Assembly: GCA_964651415.1 (NCBI GenBank)
Contig: CAZYZA010000001.1
Coordinates: 40,274-104,273, forward strand
Reading direction: 5' to 3'
Length of the DNA: 64,000 bases
Origin: an uncultured Desulfovibrionaceae bacterium
GTDB taxonomy: Bacteria; Desulfobacterota; Desulfovibrionia; Desulfovibrionales; Desulfomicrobiaceae
A model generated the notes under the pieces. The model ran no database searches. It was not told the origin of the DNA and saw only the letters and a list, made by a program, of their open reading frames with translations. Position numbers and translations under genes: made by a program. How positions within the stretch are numbered: position 1 is the first letter of the stretch; each line of letters begins with the position of its first letter. Positions 7,228 through 16,723 of this stretch are shown piece after piece.

Positions 7228-10121
7228 TGCCCTTCCTCCCCGTCCCTGCCGCTGAGCAGGGCCTGCTGCATGAGGCAGACTTCCCGAAACATTTCGACCT
7301 GGCGAATGGCCAAGTGCACTGCCGAGGCCCTGGCGGTTTCCGGCGGCGTCAACGCTGACAGCGGAACTGAGGCCACACAAGCGTCCCGGGGCATGTCCGT
7401 TTCCGGGGTATGAGGGGCAAGCGCCCACTGCGGCACGAGTCGCTCCCGTTCAAAGGAGTACGGTGGCATGATTTCCGGGCAGGGTCGGCCTGTGTCCTGC
7501 CAGTCCCAGCGCGGTGTTATGCCCAGAGTGAACAACCGGGCCAGGGACTGGGCAAAGGGCTTCATGCCGGCGTCGGGGTTTTCGGAAAAGAGCCAGGTAC
7601 CGTTGTCGCGGCATTGTCGACCGTAGGAGGTCAGGGTCGGGCTGGCCCCGAGTTCGAGAAAAACTGTTTCGTTCGTTGCAGCCATGGCCTGGGCAAAGCG
7701 GACCGGGCGTCTGGTCTGGGCGCGGAAATAGGTCGGCCAATGTGTTCTCGGATCAAGATACTCTCCGCTCAGCCCGGAAAGGATGGGGATTGTCGGTGCG
7801 GAAAAGGTCATGGTGCGCAGAAAATCCTCGAATTCGTCCAGAATCGGCTCGATCAGAGGGCAGTGGAAGGCGTGGGACACGGGAAGAGGGCGGCTTTCCA
7901 GGCCACGTTCACGCAGGAGGTTGACCGCGTTTTCGACCTCGTCTCGTCTTCCGGCGATGGTCACCGTGTCCGGTCCATTGATTGCGGCAATGCCGACATC
8001 GGAACCGGAGCCAAGCACTTGGGCCACGGCGGTTTCACTGCCCAGAATGGCGGCCATGGCCCCCTGCGCGGTGATGGACGCGGCCAGTTCGCCGCGTTTC
8101 AAAGTAATGGACAGCCCGGTTTCCAGATCAAAGACACCGGCCGCATGGGCGGCCGCGTATTCACCGATGCTGTGTCCGAAAACGGCGGACGGCCGGATCC
8201 CGCATTCCCGCCACAAGGCCGTCAGGGCGACCTGATGGGCGTAGATGGCCGGTTGGGTGCAACGCGTGTCGTGCAGGCGGTCGTTGTCCGGGGCGAACAT
8301 GGCTTCGCGCAGGGAATATCCGAGCCGTGCAGCCGCCACTTCGTCGCAGCGGTCGATGACGTGACGAAAGACCGGAAAGGTGTCGTACAGCAGCCGTCCC
8401 ATGCCCCCGTGCTGAGACCCCTGTCCGCTGAACAGGAACATGACCGGCAAAGCGTCTTTGACCACGCCACGGGCCACTCCCCGCTTGGTCTTGCCCTGGG
8501 CGAAAGCCTGCAAGGCGTCCAGGGCTTCGGTTGTCGTGGACGCCGTCAGGGCCAGGCGTTCGGGTTCCGCCGGACGCAGCGCTGCCGCCATGCACAGATG
8601 GTCCAGAGCAGTCCCCTCTTTCAAGACATGTGCGCAGGCGGCGGCCAGCCTGGTCAGACCGGGCAGGCTGCGGGCGCTCAAGGGCAGGACGTGGCAGGAA
8701 GGCGCCGGCTCTGCCGGTTCTTCAGACGCCAGGGCAGGTGGTTCGGCCACCAGCAGATGGACCAGGGTTCCGGAAATGGCGAAACTGTCAATGCCTGCGA
8801 CCCGTCGGGCATAATTCCGGGGCCAGGGCTGAGTGGCCGACACGACCTGCACCGGTAAACTGTCCCAATCCAGAAGGGGATTCGGGGGCTGGCAGTGCAG
8901 ACTGGCCGGAATGACGCCGTCGCGCACGGCCAGGACGGTTTTGATCAGCCCGGCCATGCCCGAGGCCGCCTCCAGGTGGGCCACATTGCTTTTGACCGCT
9001 CCGATGAGCAGCTTGTCCCCGCGCTGGCCATAGACTTGGCTCAGGCTTTCGACCTCGATGGGATCGCCCAGTGGGGTGCCCGTGCCGTGAGTTTCCACAA
9101 ATCCGACCTCTTCGGGCCGGACTGCGGCATTGGCCAGGGCTCTGGTCATGGTCAGCCGCTGACCCTTGGCGCTGGGCGCGGTGAAACCGGCGCTTTTTCC
9201 GTCCGAGCCGATGGCTCCGCCCAGGATAACGGCATGGATGCGTCGTTTGTGACGCTGGGCGTCGCTCAGCCGTTCCAGCACGACCATTCCGCCGCCTTCG
9301 CCGCGACCGAAGCCGTCGGCTCCGGCCCCGAAGGCCTTGCAGCGTCCATCCGGAGCCAGGGAATGCATGGCCCCGAGCCAGTGGCTGGGCGTGGGGCCGA
9401 GCAGCAGATTGGCGGATCCGGCCAGGGCCAGGGAGCATTCACCCAGACGCAGGCTGTTGACCGCGTTCATGACCGCGACCAGACCCGTGGCGCAGGCCGA
9501 CTCCACGGCCACACACGGGCCGCTGAAGTCGTAGAAATGAGATATGCGACCGGGCAGGGTGCTGTGCATGTTGCCGGTCATGGTGTAGGGATCGTCGGCC
9601 GAATCACGGGCCGTGCCCAGAATGTCGAACAGGTAGTCCGTGCCGGTCTTGCCGGCGAAAACGCCGCTGTCCGTTCCGGGCAGGGCCGTCGGGTCAAGGC
9701 CTGCGTCCAGAATGGCCTGCCAGGACAATTCCAGGAGCAAACGATGTTGGGGATCGATCATGGCCGCCTCGGCCGGAGTCTGGCCGAACAGAGTCCGGTC
9801 AAAGGCAAAGATGTCGCGCTGGAGCAGGGCGGCGTGGGTCAGGCCGGGCACGCGCGGTTGCTGCTCCTGCCTGTGCCGGGAGCGCCACAGCGCGGCCCGC
9901 TCTTCCGGGATCGGCCGTACCGCGTCATAGCCCCGGGCCAGAAGCCGGGCAAAGGCGTCCGGGGTTTCGGCGTCACCGTGGTCGTCGCCGGGAAAAAGGC
10001 AGGACATGCCGATGATCGCCACTGCTTCGCCCATGGTCCGGGTCTGGCGCTGCAGGTCGCGGATGGTGTCCCGCGCCCCGCGCAGGGCGGTTTTGTATTG
10101 CTGCTCCAGGGTCTGGTCCAT
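7224..10121 (-). CDS. Type I PKS, KS-AT didomain protein without a carrier domain
   Basis: KS motifs are VESACATG, ETHGTGTPLGD and NVAHLE. AT motifs are FSGQGSQHGGMG, GHSIGEYAAAH and SHAFHCPL (HAFH = malonyl-type). The ~130-aa tail has no DSL-type carrier motif. The ATG at 10121 overlaps the upstream stop (TGATG, 10119-10123). The ORF-track start at 10250 lies inside the upstream gene. Confidence 0.9.
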   Translation of the reverse strand: MDQTLEQQYKTALRGARDTIRDLQRQTRTMGEAVAIIGMSCLFPGDDHGDAETPDAFARLLARGYDAVRPIPEERAALWRSRHRQEQQPRVPGLTHAALLQRDIFAFDRTLFGQTPAEAAMIDPQHRLLLELSWQAILDAGLDPTALPGTDSGVFAGKTGTDYLFDILGTARDSADDPYTMTGNMHSTLPGRISHFYDFSGPCVAVESACATGLVAVMNAVNSLRLGECSLALAGSANLLLGPTPSHWLGAMHSLAPDGRCKAFGAGADGFGRGEGGGMVVLERLSDAQRHKRRIHAVILGGAIGSDGKSAGFTAPSAKGQRLTMTRALANAAVRPEEVGFVETHGTGTPLGDPIEVESLSQVYGQRGDKLLIGAVKSNVAHLEAASGMAGLIKTVLAVRDGVIPASLHCQPPNPLLDWDSLPVQVVSATQPWPRNYARRVAGIDSFAISGTLVHLLVAEPPALASEEPAEPAPSCHVLPLSARSLPGLTRLAAACAHVLKEGTALDHLCMAAALRPAEPERLALTASTTTEALDALQAFAQGKTKRGVARGVVKDALPVMFLFSGQGSQHGGMGRLLYDTFPVFRHVIDRCDEVAAARLGYSLREAMFAPDNDRLHDTRCTQPAIYAHQVALTALWRECGIRPSAVFGHSIGEYAAAHAAGVFDLETGLSITLKRGELAASITAQGAMAAILGSETAVAQVLGSGSDVGIAAINGPDTVTIAGRRDEVENAVNLLRERGLESRPLPVSHAFHCPLIEPILDEFEDFLRTMTFSAPTIPILSGLSGEYLDPRTHWPTYFRAQTRRPVRFAQAMAATNETVFLELGASPTLTSYGRQCRDNGTWLFSENPDAGMKPFAQSLARLFTLGITPRWDWQDTGRPCPEIMPPYSFERERLVPQWALAPHTPETDMPRDACVASVPLSALTPPETARASAVHLAIRQVEMFREVCLMQQALLSGRDGEEGQ

Positions 10122-13100
10122 CAGTCTTCTCCGAGCAGACTGTCGATATCCGCCAGCAGGGCGTCCGTGGCCGCGTTGCCGCGGCCTGCGGGTTCCGGCC
10201 CGGCTTGCGCCTGCGGTTGGACGGAGTCCGTGGCACTTGACGAGAGCCACTGCACGATCTTGTCCAGGGTCGGATATTCGAAAATCATGGACACCGGCAC
10301 GGCCCGGCCCAGTTCCCGTCCGATCCGATTGCGGAACTCCACGGCCAGCAGCGAGTCAAAACCCTGTTCCAGGAGCGGGACGTCCGTGGCAATGCGACTG
10401 GGGTCGGCATAACCGAGCAGTCGGCAAGCCAGGGTGCGCAACCCCTGGGCCAATTGGGTGAGATCGGTCCCATCGCCGAGCAGGCCTTCGGTGACGGCGT
10501 TGTCACTTCGGGTTTCGGCTCGCCACTGGGCGGGGATGACCGTGCGGAAATACCCGTCGGGGTGGCGGGCCAGGAAGCCGGAGCGGACAGCGGCAAAACG
10601 TTTCCAGTCCATGGGCATGACGCCGAAGCACGGAGCCAGGGGCTGGGCGTGCTGAAACGCGGTCAGGGCGTCATGGGCATCCAGACTCAAAATGCCCTGG
10701 CGGTCCAGGTGCGAGCTGCGGCGGGCATCAGCCTGAGCCATGCCGCCCCGGGACCACGGCCCCCAGCAGACGCTGGTGGCGGGCAGGCCGAGGGCCTGAC
10801 GCATGTGGGCCAGGGCGTTCAGAAAATGATTGCCGGCATTGTAATTGGCCTGGCCCTGGGTGCCGAGCAGGGTACCGGCCGAGGAATACAGAACGAAATG
10901 GTCCAGTTTGTCGTCCAGGGTGGCGTGGTGCAGATTGAGGGCCGCTGTCTTGGGCGTCATGACCGAGCGGATGCGCTCGGGGGTCAGTTCGGTGATGACG
11001 CCGTCGTCCAGGATGCCGGCCGCGTGGAACACGCCGCATAGCGGAGGCGCCTCTTGGCGCAGACGGGCGACAACGGTCCGGACTTCATCCGGATTGGCCA
11101 CGTCGGCCTCCAGTTCAAGCACCTCCACGCCCTGAAGGCGAAGCCTGTCGACCGCGGCCCGGCCGGATGCGGTCCGGATGCCTGTGCGGGAGATCAGTGC
11201 AACGGTCCGGGCCCCGTTGGCGCCCAGCCAGCCGGCCAGTTCCAGCCCCAGGGCCCCGGAGCCGCCGGTGATCAGGTGCGTGCCCCGGATGGGCAGAGGT
11301 TGGGCGTCGGGAAGTTTCGTGATCCGTTCCAGGGTGCTTTCATGGATTTGTCCGTTGCGCACCGCTCTGGCCTCGAACGGTTCCGGGCAGCGGCACAACC
11401 CGAGCAGGGCGTCCACATCCCGGTCGGTCCAGGCCTGGGCGGGCATGTCCACGCCGCCGCGCCACAGATCGGGATGTTCCAGGGCGAAGCTGCCGCCAAG
11501 CCCCCATAGCCCGGACCCGGACGGTTGCGGCCGATCCTCCGGGGTGGCGGGCATGACGCCGCTGGTCACGGTCACGACCGGCAGGACACGACGCACGCAG
11601 GCCTGCAGAACGCTCAGGGCCGTGCAGCAGTCGTCCATTTCGTCGTGGGCCCGCAGTTCCGGGTCCGGCCCGTGCACGAGAACAAGACGTGCTCCCGGGG
11701 GGACTGCCGGTGGTTGCTCGCCGGTCAGACTGGTGACCGTGACCAGTTCTATGCCCGGCCGCCGGGCCAGAAGTTCCGCCCGGTCTTGCCCGCCGCGTAG
11801 CGGCAGCACCAGGAGGACGGATTCACCGCCGCTGATTCCGGCTGTCGGCCGCCAACGCGGCGCGTAGACGTGAGCCAGCGGATCGGTATGCATCTGGCGG
11901 TACAAGGTGGCGCGATCGGTCATGCGGAAAACAAAGCCATCCAGCTCCAGGACCGGTTGTCCCTGCTCGTCCACGCCCAGGGTCTGACCGCTCAGGGTCG
12001 AGTCGCCCGCGCCGCGCACGGCCGTGGCCCGGCACCAGAGCTGGTCCGGCACGGGTCGCCACAGGCGCAGACTGTCCAGATGCAGCGGAATGAGCAGGGC
12101 TTCCTCGGCCATCATCGTGTCGGCCAGATCGTGGAAAAACGGCGGCAGGATGGTCTGCAGCACGGAGTCCAGAGCGCCGGGATAGATCACGTGCCCCTGT
12201 TCGCCGGGATCGCGTCGTCTGCACCGGACCCGGCACAAGGCCATGTGGCCGCTGATGGAGATGTCCTCGATGCGCTGAAATCCCGGCCCGACCTCGTACC
12301 CCCGGCTGACGAACCGGTTGTAGAACGTTTCCGGCGTTTCACCGTCCGTGAACCGGTCTCCCGGGCGGTGCTCCGGACGGGTTTCCGGACCCGGGTTTCG
12401 GACCAGGGTGCCTGAGCAGTGGGTCTGCCAGTCGGAACCGTTGTGCTCCCGGCTGACCAGGGTGAACGGGCATTCATCTCCGGCCGCGTCGACAATGACC
12501 TGCACGGTGCGCGTTTGTCCCGGCTCCACAACCAGGGGGCTCAGGAAGTCCACCCCGCGCAGTTCGCAGCGCTCCTCGCCCCACAATTCCCGACCGGCAG
12601 CCAGGAGCATGGCCATGTGTCCGGCCGCCGGGCTGATGGGTTTGCCGAAAATGACGTGCTCGTGCACAAAAATCGGTCCGAGGTCGGAAAACACGGATTC
12701 AAAGACAACGCTGCGGCCCAGGGCCGGACTGTCCAAACGGCGGCCAGGCACGGCCAGGGCTGTTTCGCCCTCCTGGACCGGATCAACCTGGACCTCTATC
12801 CAGTGCCGCTTCCGTTCAAAAGGATAGAACGGCAGGGGTTCGTGCCGCTGGGGAAAAAACGAAAAGAGTTCTTCGAAACAAAGCTGCGTTCCGGCTCGGT
12901 ACAACCGGGCCGCGGCCTGGAACAGGCTGGTCAGGGCGGACTGGTTCGGCGCCAGGGACGGTATGGCCTGCAGCCCTCTGTCGCACTGCTCGACCAGTCC
13001 GGACAAGGCGGCCGAAGGTCCGGCTTCAATGGCCAGGGCGTGGGTATTGGCCAGGGTGGTCACGGCGTCGGCAAAGCGCACGGGCGAGGTGATCTGGCCG

Positions 13101-16100
13101 GTCCAGTATGCGTGGTGCGCGATTTCCGGTCCGGCGATCTGTCCGCTGACGGTCGAGACCAGGGTCAAGCCCGACGGTTCACGCAGCCGGACGCGTTCAC
13201 AGTGTGCGCCAAAGCTGCGGGCCGCTTCGGCCATGGCCGGGGAATGAAAGGCGTGCGCCACGCGCAGTTCCTTGCCGTTGATGCCGTGCGCGCCAAGAAC
13301 TTCCATGAACCGCCTCAAGGCGTCACGGGGGCCGGATACGGTCAGGCTGGTCGGGGCGTTGACCGCGGCGATGGTCAGGTCCGGATGTTGGGCGAGCAGA
13401 GGGGAAATGATGTTTTCGGAGGCGAACACGGCCGCCATGCCGCCGTCCGGGGCATGGTCCATGGCCCGTCCCCTGGCCACGGCCAGGCGGAGCATGTCGG
13501 GCAGATCCATGACTCCGGCCGCCACGGCCGCCGGATATTCGCCAATGCTGTGTCCGGCCACGGCGTCAAAATGCAGCCCAAAGGATTCCCACAGCCGCCA
13601 CACGGCGTAGGACACGGCCACGATGGCCGGCTGGGCATTGGCCGTCCGGGCCAGGTCCTGTGCCGGAGTGTCGAACAGGAGCGCGTGCAGATCAATGCCT
13701 TCCGGGCGAAGAATCTCGGCGCACAGGTCAATGGCCCGGCGAAAGGCCGGATAGACCAGAAGTTCCCGGCCCATGCCCGGATGCTGGGAGCCCTGTCCGG
13801 TGAAAAGCAGGGCCGGCCCGGTGGCAGCCGAGCGTGCGTCCGGGTCAAGACGGTCAATCTGTTCGGCTTCCAGGCGCAGATTTTCGGCCAGTTCCTCCGG
13901 CGTGCGGCCAGCAGCGGCCAGACGGCAGGGGAAATGGGCATGGCGGCAGGCCGCGCTGCGGCACAGGGCTGCGGCTCCGGCGGGCGTCATGCCGTGCACT
14001 TTCGCGGCTGTGTCCAGGGCCAGTCGGCGCAGGGCCTGGGGAGTTTTGGCCGAGAGGAAGAGCGGCAGGACCGGAATCTCGGTCTCGTCAGCCGGAATCG
14101 GTCGGTATTCTTCAATGACGGCGTGACCGTTGACTCCGGAAAAGCCGAAGGCGCTCATGCCGGCCCGGCGCGGTCCCGCACTGTCCCAGGCCACAAGGGC
14201 GGTGGGCGCTTCCACGCCCCGTCCGGTCCAGTCAAAGCGGGTGTTGGGCGTTGTGACGTGGATGTTGGCCGGAATGGCCTCGTGCCGCATGCACAGCAGC
14301 ACTTTGGCCAGGGCGGCCAGGGCGGCGGCCGGTTCCAGGTGGCCGATGTTGGCCTTGACCGATCCCAGGCGCAGCAGACTGTCCGGGCGGGATCGGTAGG
14401 CATTGGCCAGGGCTTCCAGCTCAATGGCGTCGCCCAGGGCCGTGCCTGTGCCGTGGGCCTCGACATAGCTGACGTCACCCGCCTGCAGACCGGCGTCGGC
14501 CAGAGCCCGGGCAATGACTTTTTGTTGGGCCAGACCATTGGGCGAGGTCAGACCATTGCTCTTACCGTCCTGGTTGATGGCTGTGCCGCGCACCAGGCCC
14601 AGAATGCGGTCCCCGTCCCGCTCGGCATCGGACAGACGCTTGAGCACCAGGGCCACCGCGCCTTCGCCGCGACCATATCCATCGGCGCTGTCGTCAAAGG
14701 TCTTGCTGCGGCCATCCGGGCTGATGGCCCCGAGCTTGCTGAAGCAGATATGCAGGTCCGGGGTGAGCATGAGGGTCACCCCGGCCACTAGGGCCAGGTC
14801 CGATTCCCCCCGGCGCAGGCTCTGGCAGGCGCAGTGCAGAGCGACAATGCCCGACGAGCAGGCCGTGTCCACGGCAAAACACGGCCCTTCAAAGCCGTAA
14901 AAATAGGAAATCCGTCCGCAGGCCCCGCTCATGGTCGTGCCGGTCAGGGAATAGGCGTCGATGCGGTCGCGCAGGTAGGATTCGCGGTGGGCGTGGCTGT
15001 ATTCGTTGTTGGTCATGGCCACGAACACTCCGGCCTGTTTGCCGCGCCAGGCGAAAGGATCGATGCCGGCATGCTCGAAGGCTTCCCAGCTCAGTTCCAG
15101 GAGCAGACGCTGCTGAGGGTCAAGCTGGGCCGCTTCCCGGGCTGAAATGCCGAAGAAATGGGCATCAAACTCTTCGATGTCGGGAGTCGGATGGCTCAGA
15201 AACGCGGCTTCGCGGGTGTACATCTTGCCCGGAGCCTGACGGTCCGGGTCATAATACCGGTCGCGGTCCCAACGGGACGGGGGGATCAGACCCACTGCGT
15301 CCCGGCCTTCGGCCAGAAATCTCCAGAAATCATCCAGATCGTTGATGCCGCCGGGTAACCGGCAGGCCACGCCGACCACGGCCAGGGGCTCGGTGCCGGA
15401 CGAAGGGCGGCAGGAAAGCTGCGCGCTGGTGGCGGCCGGATCATCGCTGATCACTCCGGCCAGATGTTCGGCCAGGCTGGGGATGTCGGGATGGTTGAAA
15501 ACGGCCGATGCAGGTAGCGGAATGCCCAGGCGCTGGCCAAGGGCCGCGCATAGCCGGGTGGCCAGAAGAGAGGTCACGCCCTGGGCCTGAAACGTCTGGT
15601 CGGCAGACGTCTTCTGCTGGGGCAGCAGTTGGTTCAGCTCCGTTTCGATCCAGGTCCTGAGCGTTTGGACCCGCTCACGGTGGGACCCGGCACGAAGACT
15701 CAGGGCTTCCTGGCTGGCCGGAGGGATGCAGTGGCGCGCTCCCCGGGGGTTCCAGCTGCGGATGACGTCCAGGGCCAGCCCGAAGGACTGCACGCTGTCC
15801 GTGTCGCGGCACATGAGTCCGACGCTTTCAATGCCGTGGCCCATGGCCGTGGCCGTCTCGGCCACATGGCCGAGCAGTACGGCGTGGGGGGAAATTTCCA
15901 CCGCGTGGGTCATCCCCTGTTCCAGGGCCCGGCGCACAGCGGCCTCGAAACGTACCGGTTCGCGGACGTGGCGGCTCCAGTACAGGGCGTCGAAATCACC
16001 CGGCGCGGCCATATTTCCGTGCACGGTGGAGATGATGGGTGTCTTGGGAGCGCCCGGCGCAATGGAGGCCAGGGCCTGGCTGAACAGGGGAAGATGGGTT

Positions 16101-16699
16101 TCAATGGCCGCGCAGTGAAACGGCACGTCCACGGGCAGCAATCGGCAGAATACTTCCGGCTCGCAGGAGGTGATCAGCTCCTGCAGCACGTCCGGGTCGC
16201 CGCTGCACACCGTCCCGGCCGGAGCATTGAGAGCCGCGATCTGAACTTTTCCCCCCCGGGGTTTGAGCAACTTGGTCATGGCCTCCTCGCCCAGGGCGAA
16301 AAAGGCCATGTGCCCCGCACCGCTGGCCTGCTGCAGGAGCAGGCTGTGCCGCCAGGCGACCAGAGCCGCGTCGTGAGCCGAAAGAGCTCCGCACGCCCAG
16401 GCCGCCGCCACTTCGCCGCCGCTGTGGCCCATGATCAGATCCGGCTCGAACCCCTCTGACTGGAGCAGGCGGAACAGGCCGCATTCAACGGCCAGGACGC
16501 AGGGGTGTCCGAGGTGAGCCGGCCGGATGTCCTTGTCCTGCCGGTACAGGAGCTGTTCCACGGACCAGCCGGACAAGTGGGTGAAGGGGTGGTCGAATTC
16601 CCGCAGTCCGGCGGCAAAGGAGGAACTGGCGTCGAGCAGTTCCCGTCCCATGGCCGCCCACTGGGTGCCTATTCCTGAAAAAAGAGCCAAAGCGGTCAT
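10121..16699 (-). CDS. Modular type I PKS: AT(loading)-ACP-KS-AT-DH-KR-ACP
   Basis: 2192 aa. Motifs appear in this order:
- deviant AT: LFSGIGTQWAAMG, GHSGGE, VPFHCAA
- carrier: QGVTSLLATRL
- KS: VDTACSSG, EAHGTGTALGD, NIGHLE
- AT: FTGQGSQHPGMG, GHSIGEYPAA, AHAFHSPAM
- DH: HVIFGKPISP = HxxxGxxxxP
- KR: ITGGSGALG, AAGILDDG (LDD, B-type), YSSAG...NYNAGN
- ACP: QGFDSLLAVEF. Confidence 0.92.
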   Translation of the reverse strand: MTALALFSGIGTQWAAMGRELLDASSSFAAGLREFDHPFTHLSGWSVEQLLYRQDKDIRPAHLGHPCVLAVECGLFRLLQSEGFEPDLIMGHSGGEVAAAWACGALSAHDAALVAWRHSLLLQQASGAGHMAFFALGEEAMTKLLKPRGGKVQIAALNAPAGTVCSGDPDVLQELITSCEPEVFCRLLPVDVPFHCAAIETHLPLFSQALASIAPGAPKTPIISTVHGNMAAPGDFDALYWSRHVREPVRFEAAVRRALEQGMTHAVEISPHAVLLGHVAETATAMGHGIESVGLMCRDTDSVQSFGLALDVIRSWNPRGARHCIPPASQEALSLRAGSHRERVQTLRTWIETELNQLLPQQKTSADQTFQAQGVTSLLATRLCAALGQRLGIPLPASAVFNHPDIPSLAEHLAGVISDDPAATSAQLSCRPSSGTEPLAVVGVACRLPGGINDLDDFWRFLAEGRDAVGLIPPSRWDRDRYYDPDRQAPGKMYTREAAFLSHPTPDIEEFDAHFFGISAREAAQLDPQQRLLLELSWEAFEHAGIDPFAWRGKQAGVFVAMTNNEYSHAHRESYLRDRIDAYSLTGTTMSGACGRISYFYGFEGPCFAVDTACSSGIVALHCACQSLRRGESDLALVAGVTLMLTPDLHICFSKLGAISPDGRSKTFDDSADGYGRGEGAVALVLKRLSDAERDGDRILGLVRGTAINQDGKSNGLTSPNGLAQQKVIARALADAGLQAGDVSYVEAHGTGTALGDAIELEALANAYRSRPDSLLRLGSVKANIGHLEPAAALAALAKVLLCMRHEAIPANIHVTTPNTRFDWTGRGVEAPTALVAWDSAGPRRAGMSAFGFSGVNGHAVIEEYRPIPADETEIPVLPLFLSAKTPQALRRLALDTAAKVHGMTPAGAAALCRSAACRHAHFPCRLAAAGRTPEELAENLRLEAEQIDRLDPDARSAATGPALLFTGQGSQHPGMGRELLVYPAFRRAIDLCAEILRPEGIDLHALLFDTPAQDLARTANAQPAIVAVSYAVWRLWESFGLHFDAVAGHSIGEYPAAVAAGVMDLPDMLRLAVARGRAMDHAPDGGMAAVFASENIISPLLAQHPDLTIAAVNAPTSLTVSGPRDALRRFMEVLGAHGINGKELRVAHAFHSPAMAEAARSFGAHCERVRLREPSGLTLVSTVSGQIAGPEIAHHAYWTGQITSPVRFADAVTTLANTHALAIEAGPSAALSGLVEQCDRGLQAIPSLAPNQSALTSLFQAAARLYRAGTQLCFEELFSFFPQRHEPLPFYPFERKRHWIEVQVDPVQEGETALAVPGRRLDSPALGRSVVFESVFSDLGPIFVHEHVIFGKPISPAAGHMAMLLAAGRELWGEERCELRGVDFLSPLVVEPGQTRTVQVIVDAAGDECPFTLVSREHNGSDWQTHCSGTLVRNPGPETRPEHRPGDRFTDGETPETFYNRFVSRGYEVGPGFQRIEDISISGHMALCRVRCRRRDPGEQGHVIYPGALDSVLQTILPPFFHDLADTMMAEEALLIPLHLDSLRLWRPVPDQLWCRATAVRGAGDSTLSGQTLGVDEQGQPVLELDGFVFRMTDRATLYRQMHTDPLAHVYAPRWRPTAGISGGESVLLVLPLRGGQDRAELLARRPGIELVTVTSLTGEQPPAVPPGARLVLVHGPDPELRAHDEMDDCCTALSVLQACVRRVLPVVTVTSGVMPATPEDRPQPSGSGLWGLGGSFALEHPDLWRGGVDMPAQAWTDRDVDALLGLCRCPEPFEARAVRNGQIHESTLERITKLPDAQPLPIRGTHLITGGSGALGLELAGWLGANGARTVALISRTGIRTASGRAAVDRLRLQGVEVLELEADVANPDEVRTVVARLRQEAPPLCGVFHAAGILDDGVITELTPERIRSVMTPKTAALNLHHATLDDKLDHFVLYSSAGTLLGTQGQANYNAGNHFLNALAHMRQALGLPATSVCWGPWSRGGMAQADARRSSHLDRQGILSLDAHDALTAFQHAQPLAPCFGVMPMDWKRFAAVRSGFLARHPDGYFRTVIPAQWRAETRSDNAVTEGLLGDGTDLTQLAQGLRTLACRLLGYADPSRIATDVPLLEQGFDSLLAVEFRNRIGRELGRAVPVSMIFEYPTLDKIVQWLSSSATDSVQPQAQAGPEPAGRGNAATDALLADIDSLLGED

Positions 16700-16723
16700 G
16701 CAGCGTCCTTGAAGTCGAGATGG

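Noticed and set aside
12419-14791. 790-aa plus-strand ORF, plus the many other 100-540-aa ORFs on both strands between 2.1 and 16.7 kb.
   Set aside because: All lie antisense or out of frame to the PKS and autotransporter genes, which carry complete catalytic motif sets. Their sequences are Gly/Arg/Ala/Pro-rich low-complexity strings.
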